Below are positions 1 to 12,031 of a stretch of 64,000 nt of DNA, in pieces (the stretch's first letter is position 1; each line of letters begins with the position of its first letter). The stretch is taken from assembly GCA_951406725.2 (NCBI GenBank), contig OX597817.1:83700001-83764000 (forward strand), in the 5' to 3' direction. Made by a program: the position numbers and the translations under genes. Source of the DNA: Octopus vulgaris. Taxonomy: Eukaryota. Under the pieces are notes generated by a model. That model saw nothing but the letters and a program-made list of their open reading frames with translations. It had not been told where the DNA came from and made no database searches.

Positions 1-828
1 AGACATTTAAGATATGATGATCGATGGCAAGTATTTGTCTGGTTGTATGTCTCTTGACAGCTTTCAGTAGATTGGTATTCTGAGTAAGAGAATGTTTTCA
101 GATTGGAGATACAAACTGTGAGATCACTGCATAGCTATCTATATCTTTAAATAGATAGTCAGAGAGTGGCTGACAAAGGTCTCACGAGTGATGTCTAGAA
201 ACCTTTGACCTTTTTTGACAATTTGAGAAATGTGGTTTGTCCAACACTGATTATGAGTGCTGCACTGTTTTTTGATTTTAGAAGGAGACCTGCCTGCCAT
301 AACAGAATTGATATCCTAAAACCAAGGTGCTATGCAAAAATCACTGGTGCAGGTGCCACATAAAAGCACTCAGTAGACACTGTAAAGTTGTTGTTGTTAG
401 GAAGGGCATCCAGCTGTAGAAACCAGACCAAAACAGACTTTGGAAGCTGGTGGGGACCCTGGCCATGCCAGTTGCTGTCAAACTATCCTATCCATGCCAG
501 GATAGAAAACAGGCGTTAAATGACAGTGATGATAATAATGATGATGAGGATGATGATAAACATGTTCAAAGGCTACATTTTAGAAAGTGTTCCATTTCCA
601 TTTTTTTAAAACAGTAGGATGTATTTTAGTGAATCTAGCTTCTATTTCTAGCAAATTGAGCTGCCACCTAGTGATGTCTTCAACTGCTTTCACTGGTATA
701 ATTTGAATTATTTCAGAAATTTGGCAATGTATGGTATCTATAGGATCTGATTTTTACTCTATCTAACACTTATTTCATTTAACTGATTGCAAGTTAAATG
801 CTAATCTGATTTTCTTGTCCTTCTCTAG

Positions 829-983
829 ACTCCTGAACTTCAACAGCTGTGGACAGCTTGCTGTGATGACAGCCCTTATAACTGTCACACCAGCTGTCAG
901 GTTCTACTAACTCTTGTCTATTCTAAAGATGCAGATTATTCTTATGTACTCAATGGCTTACTCAATCTAATACCCTCTGCCAA
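829..983 (+). CDS. FOCAD: FOCAD exon a (155 nt): TPELQQLWTACCDDSPYNCHTSCQVLLTLVYSKDADYSYVLNGLLNLIPSA
   Basis: Acceptor ttctctag, donor gtaagt, open frame; matches FOCAD N-terminal region. Confidence 0.92.
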
Positions 984-1346
984 GTAAGTAGATTTTGATG
1001 TCTTAACTTTAATATTTCAGATCAGCTTTTCATAAACTTTCCATTTTATTGCTCCCTCACAATGCTTCAGCAAAAGTAAAAGCACCACAAGAAATTGCTG
1101 CTGACGACTCATGTGGCCCATTGGAGTAATGAGCCCCACTAGATGGAGTGGCTGCTGAAGTGAGTGTCACTGGCCATTCACTATGGCAACATCATTGTGG
1201 TCGTTGCTGCTGGGCAAGGCTGAATACATCATTTGTTCTGAGATATGTGGCCCATTGCTTCCTCCTCCTCCATCTTTTGCTGCTTTACCCCATTCCCTGC
1301 CCCTTTTCTTCTTTATTTCTCTTCTTTCCTGTTTCTTAGTATTTAA

Positions 1347-1782
1347 CCCTTTAGCATTCAAATTATTCTCTCAAATTCTGTTGTGTCTGGGGAGAGTCAT
1401 TTTCTTTTTGTGCCTTATAATTTAACACTCTCACTGGTAAAATTTCCACTTACTTCTTATTTTTATAAATAAGTGGAAATTTTACTGGTGAGTGTGTTAA
1501 ATTATAAGGCACAAAAAGAAAATGACTCTCCCCAGACACAACAGAATATGCTTCAACACACGAACTCACATAAAGAATCTTGCAAACCAAATCCCAAAAC
1601 GAAATATTCTGTCAAATGTTCTGCTTTTTCATTCACACCATTTTTAATTAATCTTGCATTGTTTTGTTGCTTCAAAATTTTGGTAATGAGAAGGGTAGGT
1701 GTGATAGGCTGGATTTCACTGGTTAGAATATAAGGCAAGAAACATATTTGGATCAGTTATGGCTGGTTTAAACATTAAAGGG
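1347..1782. mobile_element. piggyBac-type MITE carrying an internal fold-back insertion
   Basis: TTAA|CCCTTTAG...TAAAGGG|TTAA termini; related copies near 29300-29480, 35690-35900, 41380-42670, 46710-46925, 57595-57820, 61255-61480. Confidence 0.75.
1375..1547. repeat. Near-perfect inverted repeat (78-bp arms, 17-bp spacer)
   Basis: 1375-1452 is the reverse complement of 1470-1547 with 3 mismatches. Confidence 0.9.
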
Positions 1783-2556
1783 TTAAGTGTTCTGATAAGA
1801 TAAAGGTATTTATTATTAAAAAATTAGTAGCACCTAAGTCAGCTTCATCAATATTAGGTGGGTTGAGAAAAGTTCAAGGAACTGTTACCATGTTGATAAC
1901 AAAGGTCTTTCTGCTCAGAATGAAGGGCAGATGTTATGATGCTTATATTTCCACCCTAGAGCTTATCACCCTCCTCCATCTTTTCAGATTCTATCAAACC
2001 ACCCAATTCATTCTAGCATGGAAATTAGATGTTAATTGATGATGTTGTTGTTGATGATGATGATAGCAGCAGCAGCAGTGGACAAGGAGGAGGAGGGAGA
2101 CGTTTCAAACACAAATATGGGTTTCAAATTTTGGCACAAGGGCAGCAATTCTGGGGAGGGGGTAAGTTATGGCCAATCAGAGAGTGACCATTGGTTTCAC
2201 ACCTATAAAGCATTTAGCTATTTATGTGACTCGTCTGACTCAAATGGCCAGAGGCAGTTTACCTTTCTGCTGAGTCACCTATACAGCTAAGCCCTTTATA
2301 GGTGTGAAACCAATGGTCACACTCAGATCTCTCTCTTTATATATATATATATAGAGAGAGAGATTGATTGATTGATGGCTATGTATGTGTGTGTTTGTGT
2401 TTTCTTGTCTTGATACTTATAAAAAGTGTCACCATCATACAAGCAGTGTTATTAATTTCCAGTCTTCTGCAGAAACATGTCTGGCCATGAGTGCATGGAA
2501 GAGTGAATGTTAAAACAGTGATGGTGATAATGATGTGTGTGTGTGTATATATATAT

Positions 2557-2673
2557 CACTGTGACCACCATGACCGACCAGACTATCAGATGTTGCTACA
2601 CATCGCTGGTCACAATGCGTTTCGCATTGTTTTAGCCTCCAAATGATGCCACCCCGCTGGCTAAGCGAGCAGG

Positions 2674-2713
<40 letters not shown>

Positions 2714-2834
2714 TTTGATCACCTTGACTGACCAGTCTATCGGGCATCCATTTGACACCGCTGGTCACAGCACGCTGTCCACTCCACTCTGGATTGCGCC
2801 TTTCTCATCCACGTGATCCCAATCGCCCTCCTGA
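2557..2834 (-). mobile_element. Two short retroposon 3' ends in a (TA)n tract; the second encodes an RTE-like C-terminus (WMRKAQSRVEW)
   Basis: Both share a GACCAG...CTGGTC stem-loop tail; separated and flanked by (TA)n. Confidence 0.55.
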
Positions 2835-4484
2835 TATATATATATATATATAGGAAAAAATAAGTTCAAAGAAGAACAATTCAAACTTTTCGAGAGGTGA
2901 AAAAAGAGAGAAAGAATGATTTCTAATAACGATTCATCATATTCATAAAAAAACACACAGAGCAAGTAGTAAGAATATGAAAATAGTAGCTGAAAAATAT
3001 TGATATAGGTATAAATATACAATAAACAATTATAAAAAATAGAGGAGAAAAAGATGTTGGATCAAAATTAGATTTAATACAAAATAGGGTTCAATACATA
3101 CGCATGTTTCAAAGGACAATACAAATATGTAAGAAAAAAATTATAATCATAGTAGTTATAATTAAATTTATGCATTGTCATTCTGATCAGTGTGAGGAAT
3201 TTTTAGAAGGACATCAAAAAAGGTTCAATAAAATAAAGTAAATTAAAATAAGATACAATAAGAGACAAAAGAGGTAATAGGGAAAAAATCAGATATTTAC
3301 AAGCAAGTTGTAAAAGGGAAAAAATAACAGTAATAATAATAGTGAGAGAGACGAAAGGGAAAAAAAGACAGACATATCAATGTGCATGCACGTCTATATG
3401 TGTAGTAAACTATAACGTAAAAATCTAACTGATATGTTTTTTAAAAAAATGGTAATTGGTCGAGACGAAGTATAATGTAAACAGGACCACATGTGTCTAG
3501 TAAATATAACGTAACAGGTGCACTAGTAGAAAAAAAACCATAGAGAGTTATACATTAATATTGAAAAACAAAAAATATATATATATTACACTAGGCTAAA
3601 AGTGATAGGCAAGACTATGTTTGAAAAAAGTTACAATATTTAAATAAAAATTTACATACAAGCAGAGAAAAAAACCAAAGAGAACTTAAGAGAAAAATAT
3701 CGATCACTGACAACTGTAAAATGACTCAATGATATATAAATTTAATCCATGCTAGCATAGAAATTAAAAACAAACTTAAAATGACTGAGCAAATGTGTGA
3801 GTGCTGAGGTACCATGTTTATGAGACATGGTATTGAGCTACTAAGTTCCGTCAATATGACTGTTACTTTGTGTTTCTTGAGTTTGCTTGATTGCCCATAA
3901 ATAAATAAAGCAAAATAAAATGACAAAAAAAGAAACTGAAAAATCTTAACCATTCTACTTAGGTAAACATAAAGAATTGCAAAGAAATGATAAAGTAGAA
4001 AGAAGAAAAAGAAAAGGCAACTGATAATTCAGATGATTTGAAACATCAAGGAAGAATTATTAATTTCCTTTTATCTCATGTTTCAGTGGGATATAAGAGA
4101 ATTATTAATTAAATGTCTGAGATGAGTTCTTAATAAAGTTATAATTTTTTAGATTATTAACTGCCTCTGCAGACCTCAAAAAAACCACTGTGTGTCTGTG
4201 TGAGTGGTTAGATTATAGATGAACAATAAAAGATGCTTAATGATATCATCATCACCATCATTTTTAACTTGTTTTTTATTCTGGCATAGGTTGAACAGTC
4301 TGACAAAAATCCAGTGAGTCAGTGCACTGCGCCATGTTCCAATGTCTCCGTTTAGGAATGTTTCCTATGACCAGATGCATTTCCTAATGCCAACTACTTT
4401 ACAAATGAATGTACTGAGTACTTTTTTTCATGGCACCAGCATTAGTGAGATTGCTTTGCTACCAACAAAACTAAAGAGCTTTAA

Positions 4485-4704
4485 CCCTTTCATTACCAAC
4501 CCGGCTGAAACCGGCTCTGGCTCTGAGTACAAATATCTTGTTTTCATAAGTTTTGAATTAAAATCTTCCACCAAACCTTTGTCACAATTTGTGTTCCGAA
4601 CACTAGCTGAATGATAACTAAGTTATTTTACTAAATTCTTTGTTATATTTAAAATAATTGAAAGAAACACAGAGTATCTCAAAATAAATGCAGTAATGAA
4701 AGGG
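4485..4704. mobile_element. piggyBac-type MITE, 220 bp
   Basis: Perfect 12-bp TIR CCCTTTCATTAC/GTAATGAAAGGG with TTAA on both sides; decayed relatives near 42660-42905, 50360-50835, 57945-58930, 59800-59985. Confidence 0.88.
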
Positions 4705-5645
4705 TTAAGAACTTCTACAACAAAAAGAATAGGAGAGTTCAAATTCCAATGAGGCTGACTTGGCCTTTCATCCTCTCAGAGTTCAATAAAATAAGTATCA
4801 GTTGGGCCCTAAGATCTGTACCTATGGTGTAGAGGACTATTAAATTTAAGTACATCATACTCACACATTCTCTGATGCTTGCAACTACTAGAAAAATTGA
4901 AGCAAAGGAAATAAACAAAAAGCATCGTTAATTCACATGCTTACAACAGTAAAATCAGTTAAAAACTAAAATTGAAGTATTTAACGAAGATAATGTCCAC
5001 TCATTGAGAAGGCTACAAATTGGTATGGTGAAAATATTTTCTGGGGCATAAACAAATTAATTGCATTTAAAAAAAAGAATTTCTTGTTCCATGTGTCTTT
5101 GAAGGCATGAAATGAGCAGATGATTTGTTGACAGAAATGACTACAACATTTACAGAGAGCAACTTCCTTAGGGTGCAAATATAAATGCATACACAGACAC
5201 ACACACACACATTATATAGAAAAATGAAAAGAAGTGAAATATTGATAAACAGCAAATGTTGATTATGTTTATAGGCTTTAATATTTTGACTCTTCTCCAG
5301 GCAGTGAGCTGGCAGAATTGTTAGCATGCTAGGCAAATGCTTACTAGCATTGGTCCATCTTTACATTCTGAGTTCAAATTCCACTAAAGTTGACTTTACT
5401 TTCATTCTTTCAAGGTCAACAAAACAAGTAGCTACTGCGCACTGGGGCCGATGTCATCAACTTAAAACCCTCTTGCCAAAATTGTTAGTCATAGGCCAAA
5501 ATTTGAAACCAATATTGTGACTGGCAGAACCATTAGTATATCAGGCAAAAATGCATTACCCTCATTTTAACATTCTGAGTTTCAAATTCTGCCATGGTTG
5601 GCTTTACCTTTCATCCTTTTGGAGTTGATAAAATAATGGTTTCAA

Positions 5646-5810
5646 GGCATAGGAATGGCTGTGTGGTAAGTAGCTTGCTTACGAACCACATGGTTCCGGG
5701 TTCAGTCCCACTGCTTGGCACCTTGGGCAAATGTTTTCTACTATAGCCTTGGGCCAACCAAACGCTTGTGAGTGGATTTGGTAGACGGAAACTGAAAGAA
5801 GCCCGTCGTA

Positions 5811-5860
<50 letters not shown>

Positions 5861-6079
5861 TGTGTGTGTATATGTTTGTGTGTCTGTGTTTGTTCTCCCA
5901 ACATTGCTTGACAACCGATGCTGGTGTGTTTATGTCACCATAACTTAGCGGTTCCGCAAAAGTGACCAATAGAAAAAGTACTAGGCTTACAAAGAATAAG
6001 TCCTGGGGTCGATTTGCTCAACTAAAGGAGGTGCTCCAGCATGGCCACAGTCAAATAACTGAAACAAGTAAAAGAGTAA
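5646..6079 (+). mobile_element. tRNA-derived SINE with CORE-like domain and internal (TA)n/(TG)n
   Basis: A-box TGGCTGTGTGGT, B-box-like GGTTCAGTCCC, CORE-like ACCTTGGGCAA; many copies in window. Confidence 0.8.
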
Positions 6080-6467
6080 GGGCAGCCATTTTGTGTAAGG
6101 AGATGAGTCAATTTCGTCGGCCCCAATATTCAACTGATACTTAGTTTATCAACCCTGAAAGGGTCAAAGTCAAAGTCTACTTCAGTGGAATTTGAACTCA
6201 GAACATAGCAACAGGCGAAATACCACTAAGCATTTCATTCAGCATGCTAACAATACTGCCAGCTTGCCACCTTATTGCAGTCAGTAAAATAATACCAGTT
6301 GAGTACTAGGGTTAATGTAATCAGCTTACCTCCTCTCCTGAGACTCTTGGCCTCACACCAAAATATGAAACTAATATTATAACTCTTCCCAAATATTATA
6401 ATATTTATGTATGTGTGTGTGTGTAAACTTGTATAATATAATTTGTGTTTTTTTCCTTTTTTGTCAG

Positions 6468-6572
6468 GAATTTAACACCTTTAATTTCTGCTATCGGCGA
6501 TCTTCTTATACTTCAATGTCATGCACAGAACAAATGTTCCACCAAATCATATATTAGCCCTTACTCTATGAG
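6468..6572 (+). CDS. FOCAD: FOCAD exon b (105 nt): (K)NLTPLISAIGDLLILQCHAQNKCSTKSYISPYSM(R)
   Basis: Polypyrimidine tract + cag acceptor, gtaagt donor; phase 2-2 fits neighbours. Confidence 0.9.
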
Positions 6573-7009
6573 GTAAGTAACTTCCTTAATCTTCTTCATA
6601 AAAGGATAAGTTTTTTTTCTTCTTTTTTTTAGATCATTAACTCACCTTTAGGAAAGAAAAAATAGTTTAATATTGACATCTACACTGTTATGATTAATTT
6701 GATCTCTACTCATCATCGTAGTATCAGACTGGATTTAAACTAATAACTTGCACCACAAAGGAAATTTTCATGCCTTATAAAATACATTTAAATTTGAAAA
6801 GAATTGAACAGCTTTCTATGTATTAAATGGCTCTTCTATGATGTAGCTGCTTTTGTAAATACCCATAGTTTAAAAATATAAGTTGCTAGTTCAAGCCCAG
6901 TCTGGTATTCATATCTAGCAATGAGTCAGTTGATGCTATCAGACTAAAGAAAACGAAGAATATATATAAACATTACAGATCTATTTTCATCTCTAAAGTT
7001 GAGGTTAAT

Positions 7010-7386
7010 AGGAGTGGCTGTGGAGTAAGTAGCTTGCTTACGAACCACATGGTTCCGGGTTCAGCCCCACTGCATGGCACCTCGGGCTAGCGTCTTCTAC
7101 TATAGCCTCAGGCCGACCAAAGGCTTGTGAGTGGATTTGGTAGACAGAAACTGAAAGAAGCCTGTCGTATATATATGTGTATGTGTGTTTGTGTGTCTAC
7201 CCCCAACATCGCTTGACAACCGATGCTGGTGTGTTTACGTCACCATAACTTAGCGGTTCGGCAAAAGTGACCAATAGAATAAGTACTAGGCTTACAAAGA
7301 ATAAGCCCTGGGGTCGATTTGCTTGACTAAAGGCGGTGCTCCAGCATGGCCACAGTCAAAATGACTGAAACAAGTAAAAGAGTAAA
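7010..7386 (+). mobile_element. CORE-like SINE, same family as 5646-6079
   Basis: Colinear high-identity copy. Confidence 0.8.
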
Positions 7387-7720
7387 GAGAGAGCTTGAAT
7401 ATTTCAACTCTTAGCTTGCATCCTAACACACATTAAATTTTGTTTATTTGTTTCTTTTTCTTAAAATCTCATGTCAACATCAAACTTAAGAATTTTCTTG
7501 TCACTGCTTTCATAATTTTCTGTTTTCCTAGTTTATTTGTTTCATTTCACTTTTTTGTTAATTTTTTTTCACTTTTGTATTTTTGTCTCCCCTATTTTTA
7601 CTTTCTTATTTTCATCTTTCTGTTGTCTTTTGTATTTTTTACCTTTTTCTTTTGTCATTTATTTGTTTTCTTTTCTTTATTTTTCTTTCAAACTTTTTTT
7701 TTCAATGATGTACTTATCAT

Positions 7721-8044
7721 AGGCACAGGAGTGGCTGTGTAGTAAGTAGCTTGCTTTCCAACCACATGGTTCAGGCTTCAGTCCCACTGTGTGGCACCTT
7801 GGGCAAGTGTCTTCTACTATAGCCTGGGTTCCACTAAAGCTTTGTGAGTGGATTTGGTAGACAGAAACTGAAAGAAGCCCATCATATATATATATATATA
7901 TATCTTCTCTCCTTGTTTCTTTCTGTGGAAGAGCATAGGCTCGAAACGTTAAAGACTTTTTCAATTCCTGAGTGTTATACTAATACATCTGTTTGTTTTG
8001 TACACCACCTGTCTTCGTCTTTAGTTTTTTTCGTGAATTCTCCC

Positions 8045-8081
<37 letters not shown>

Positions 8082-8268
8082 CCTCTCAACATCACTTGAC
8101 AACCGATGCTGGTGTGTTTACGTCCCTGTAACTTAGCGGTTCGGCAAAAGAGACCGATAGAATAAGTACTAGGCTTACAGAGAATAAGTCCTGCGGTCAA
8201 TTTGCTTGACTAAAGGCAGTGCTCCAGCATGGCCGCAGTCAAAATGACTGAAACAAGTAAAAGAGTAA
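7721..8268 (+). mobile_element. CORE-like SINE with a ~145-bp insertion (about 7901-8045) in its (TA)n tract
   Basis: SINE halves resume on both sides of the insert. Confidence 0.78.
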
Positions 8269-8340
8269 ATAGATATCTATTCTTGATACATTTCATCAGA
8301 TTTGAACATGATTAGACTAATCACTGTTGTATTTCATCTT

Positions 8341-8836
8341 TGGAGGACAACTTCTCTTTTCAGACAAAATGTGTGTGTTCATAACACACCCAATTCATTA
8401 AGGTAAGGAGGCTTTGAAACATCACGGTGTTTCAACCTGGTTCTGTTCCTTCAGTCAAAGCTATCCCCAGATCAGTGACTAAACAAAAATCTCAATTTTT
8501 GTTTCCAAAATGCAGTAAGCCAATCATTTGCTGAAGCTTGCTGAACCAACAATAAATTGTCACAGGCAGAAAGAACAGTTAAAGTCAAAATAATCATGTA
8601 CAATGACCATTTATTGTTTGTTTGGCAGACACCTGCAAACATCAGCAAATAATTTATTTACTGATTTCTATATACAAGAGTTACAACTCTTGTTCAAATT
8701 CCTTCAGTTCATTCATCCTGATGTAGGTTTGATTGAAGAGATACAACCAGGTTGAAATACAACAATGTCTCAAAGTTGCTTTATCTCAATGAAATTAATT
8801 TTTTGTAAGCACACATTGTCTGAAAGTTGTTCTGCA
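8341..8836. repeat. Degenerate ~500-bp fold-back element; related single arm near 22060-22270
   Basis: TTTCAGACAA..TTTCAACCTGGTT mirrored by AACCAGGTTGAAA..TTGTCTGAAA; inner arms also complementary. Confidence 0.6.
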
Positions 8837-9197
8837 TAATTAGCAATTAGCATATTTACATCCGAGTTTGCCAGAATGTATTAAGAATAAATACACATGT
8901 CATTGTTTGATTTTCTCTGTTACTCATGCACGTAATTATTTCTTTCCTTCTATTCTTTCGCATTGTTTATTTTCGCTTTCATTTTTTTTTTTCTCTCTAT
9001 TTACCTTCCTCTATTTTTTTTTTTTATACTTCTGTTTGCTTTCTGATCTCTTCTTCTTTTCTCTTCTTTTCTTCTCTCTTTCTCTTCCCATTCATCATAT
9101 GTGTTTGGATTCCTACAATTTCAGCATTTGTTGTTTAATAAGAATAAGTGTTATTTGCAGAACCTAGTTTCCTGTGATTGTCTGCTTATAACATATC

Positions 9198-9361
9198 ATA
9201 CTCATCTCTGATAGTACCACTTCATGCTGCAAATCTCTTCTAAGACATACATATATATATATATGTATATATATATGTATGTCTTAGAAGAGATTTGCAG
9301 CATGAAGTGGTACTATCAGAGATGAGTATATATGTATCTCTTCTAAGACATACATATATAG

Positions 9362-9395
<34 letters not shown>

Positions 9396-9445
9396 TGTAT
9401 GTCTTAGAAGAGATTTGCAGCATGAAGTGGTACTATCAGAGATGA

Positions 9446-9447
<2 letters not shown>
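9198..9447. repeat. Inverted and tandem arrangement of a ~53-bp unit around TA-rich spacers
   Basis: 9198-9250 is the reverse complement of 9277-9329; a partial forward copy and a further reverse copy follow to 9447. Confidence 0.85.
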
Positions 9448-9492
<45 letters not shown>

Positions 9493-10254
9493 TAGATAGA
9501 TAGATAGCTAGATAGATATACTCACACACACAGAGACATATATGTATGTGTCTCTTCAGGTTTTTCAGTTTGTATTTGGTAACCTAAGGGCTTCAGACAA
9601 ATGTCTTCTCTAATTTCGTTTCTTATCAGGTATAACTGATGCAATTTAATTTACTTGATAACGATTCCATTAAGATGAAAGTTGCTCTTTTTCTTGGAGA
9701 GTATATTATTTCTTTACTCAGTAATTACATTTCTTCTAGCGAAACGAAATGACTTACCTCTTCAAATATTTTGGTAATTTACTCTTGAGTTATAAAGTGT
9801 TACTACGGTCATTTTACATACGTTACTGATATGGCAAACCTCTTCGTTAAAATTTGAAGAGAATGAGGCACAGACATGGCTGTGTGGTAAAGGAGGTCAC
9901 TTCCCAACTTGTTGTTTTGAGTTCAGTCCCATTGCAAGGTACCTTAGGAAAGTAATTCCACTGTAACACCAGATCAACAAAAGTTTTATGAGTTGGTTTG
10001 GTTGATGGAAACTGAAAGAATACCCTGGTGTACATGTGTGTGTGTTTGTCTCTCTTGATATTGCTTGATAGTTGTAGTAATTCACTTCCAATCTTTAGGG
10101 AAAAAATGTCTGGCCATGGGAAACTGTTACATTGCTTGGAAACAGGTGAGGGCTGACAACAGAAAAAGTATCCAGCCATAGAAAATCTGCCTCAACAAAT
10201 TCTGTCTGCCCATGCAAGCGTGGAAAAATTATCATCAAATCAATGATGGTGATC

Positions 10255-10515
10255 ATCATCATCATCATCATTTAACGTCCGCTTTCCATGCTAGCATGGG
10301 TTGGACGGTTCAACTGGGGTCTGGGGAGCCCGAAGGCTGCACCAGGCCAGTCAGATCTGGCAGTGTTTCTACAGCTGGATGCCCTTCCTAACGCCAACCA
10401 CTCTGAGAGTGTAGTGGGTGTTTATGTGCCACCGACACAGGTGCCAGACGAGGCTGGCGAACGGCCACGCTCGGATGGTGTTTTTTTTTTTTTTTTTTTT
10501 GTGCCACCGACACAT
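10255..10515 (-). mobile_element. RTE LINE 3'-UTR fragment with (GAT)n tail
   Basis: Near-identical to 12032-12300; further copies at 22400-22744 (+), 34657-34985 (-), 340-560 (+). Confidence 0.8.
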
Positions 10516-10949
10516 GGTGATGATGAATGATATTTTGCTTGTCACTTCTGAACTACATGACTTTGGTTTCAATCCCACTGCATGGCATATTGGGCAAGTG
10601 TCTACTACTATAGCTCTGAATTGACAAAAGTTTTGTGCATGAATTTGGATTATGGAAACTGAAAGAATCCTAGCATATCATCATCATCATTGTATAATGT
10701 CCACTTACCATGCTGGCATGGGTTGGATGATTTGGCATGGAGCTGGTTAGCAAGGAGCTGTCTGTTTAGGCATGGTTTGTATGGCTGGTTACCCTTCCTA
10801 ATGCCAAATGCTCAACAGCATGTACTAGGTGCTTTTTACATACCAGTGGTGTGGATGTATTTATGCAGCACCAGCATGGGCCCATTAACATAGCACTGGC
10901 ATGGGTACTTTTTTAGTGGTACCAGTACCTGAAAGGACAAGCGATTTTA

Positions 10950-11485
10950 CTTAGCTTGGCATGTTTTATCAAGTACAACAAATTGCCATATCTCCCGATC
11001 CTTTGTCATTTTCTCAGTGAGGCCCAACATCCAAAGATCCTTTCTCACCACTTCATCCCACGTCTTCCTGGGTCTACCCCTTCCACAGGTACCCTCCGTA
11101 ATTAGAGCTCAGCGGCTGTACTCAGCCATACACATGACCAAACCATTGCAGTCTTCTCTCTTGCACACAACATCCGATGCCTCTTATACCCAGTTTTCTT
11201 CTTAAATCATTTATACTCTGTTGTGCATGCACACTGACATTACCCATCCAATGGAGCATGCTAGCTTCATTTCTTTCAAGCCTTCACAAGCCCTCTGTAC
11301 TCAAAGTCCACGTTTTACTGCCATTTAACATATCTGTATGTATATAGGAATCATACAATCTACCTTTCACTCTGAGAAGCCCTTAGTTACCAACAATGGT
11401 AGAAGCTCTCTGAACTTTGCCCAGTCCATTCTTATCCTAGTAACTACACTTTCAGAACTCTCTCCACCCCATTGCTAATTTGGGA
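10950..11485 (-). mobile_element. Old RTE LINE 3' coding fragment
   Basis: Diverged match to 12590-13060 (GRGRPRKTW region). Confidence 0.7.
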
Positions 11486-11504
11486 GACTAAGCATATATA
11501 TATA

Positions 11505-11921
11505 TATAAACAACTTATAAACAAGGGCAAAAGAAAATCATTTCCATGCCAATGTGCTAATAACAGACTTTTAGATTGTCAATTTCCACATATTATATAC
11601 TCACTACAGAAATACGTTGTACTGAAATCGGGAAGCTAGTCAATAGAATTTTTTTTAAATGTTCGTTATTTCTATATTGAATCAATTTCAGAATTAATCT
11701 CATAGATTTTTTCCTCTTCTGTAGAAAATACGAAAAGAAATAAATGAGATACTTATATGCGCCCATGGAAAAAAAGCCGAAGGAAAAGTCATGAGTACAT
11801 ATAAGTACCCCAGTTATATCTAAATATAAAATCCGTTGGCTAGCCTCAGTACATGTGTGAACTGTTCTCCACCATGGCATGGAAAGAATTTTCTTTTGCC
11901 CTTGTTTATAAGTTGTTTATA
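11505..11921. repeat. Element bounded by ~47-bp inverted repeats
   Basis: TATAAACAACTTATAAACAAGGGCAAAAGAAAAT..TTCCATGCCA (11505-11551) mirrored at 11875-11921. Confidence 0.8.
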
Positions 11922-12031
11922 ATTTTAACCTTTAAATGTATTTTAATATGCTGCCACCTTTTTGATGAAATTTTTTCTGTAAAAAACTTCATCCTATATT
12001 AGTAGTAGTATATATATATATATATATATAT

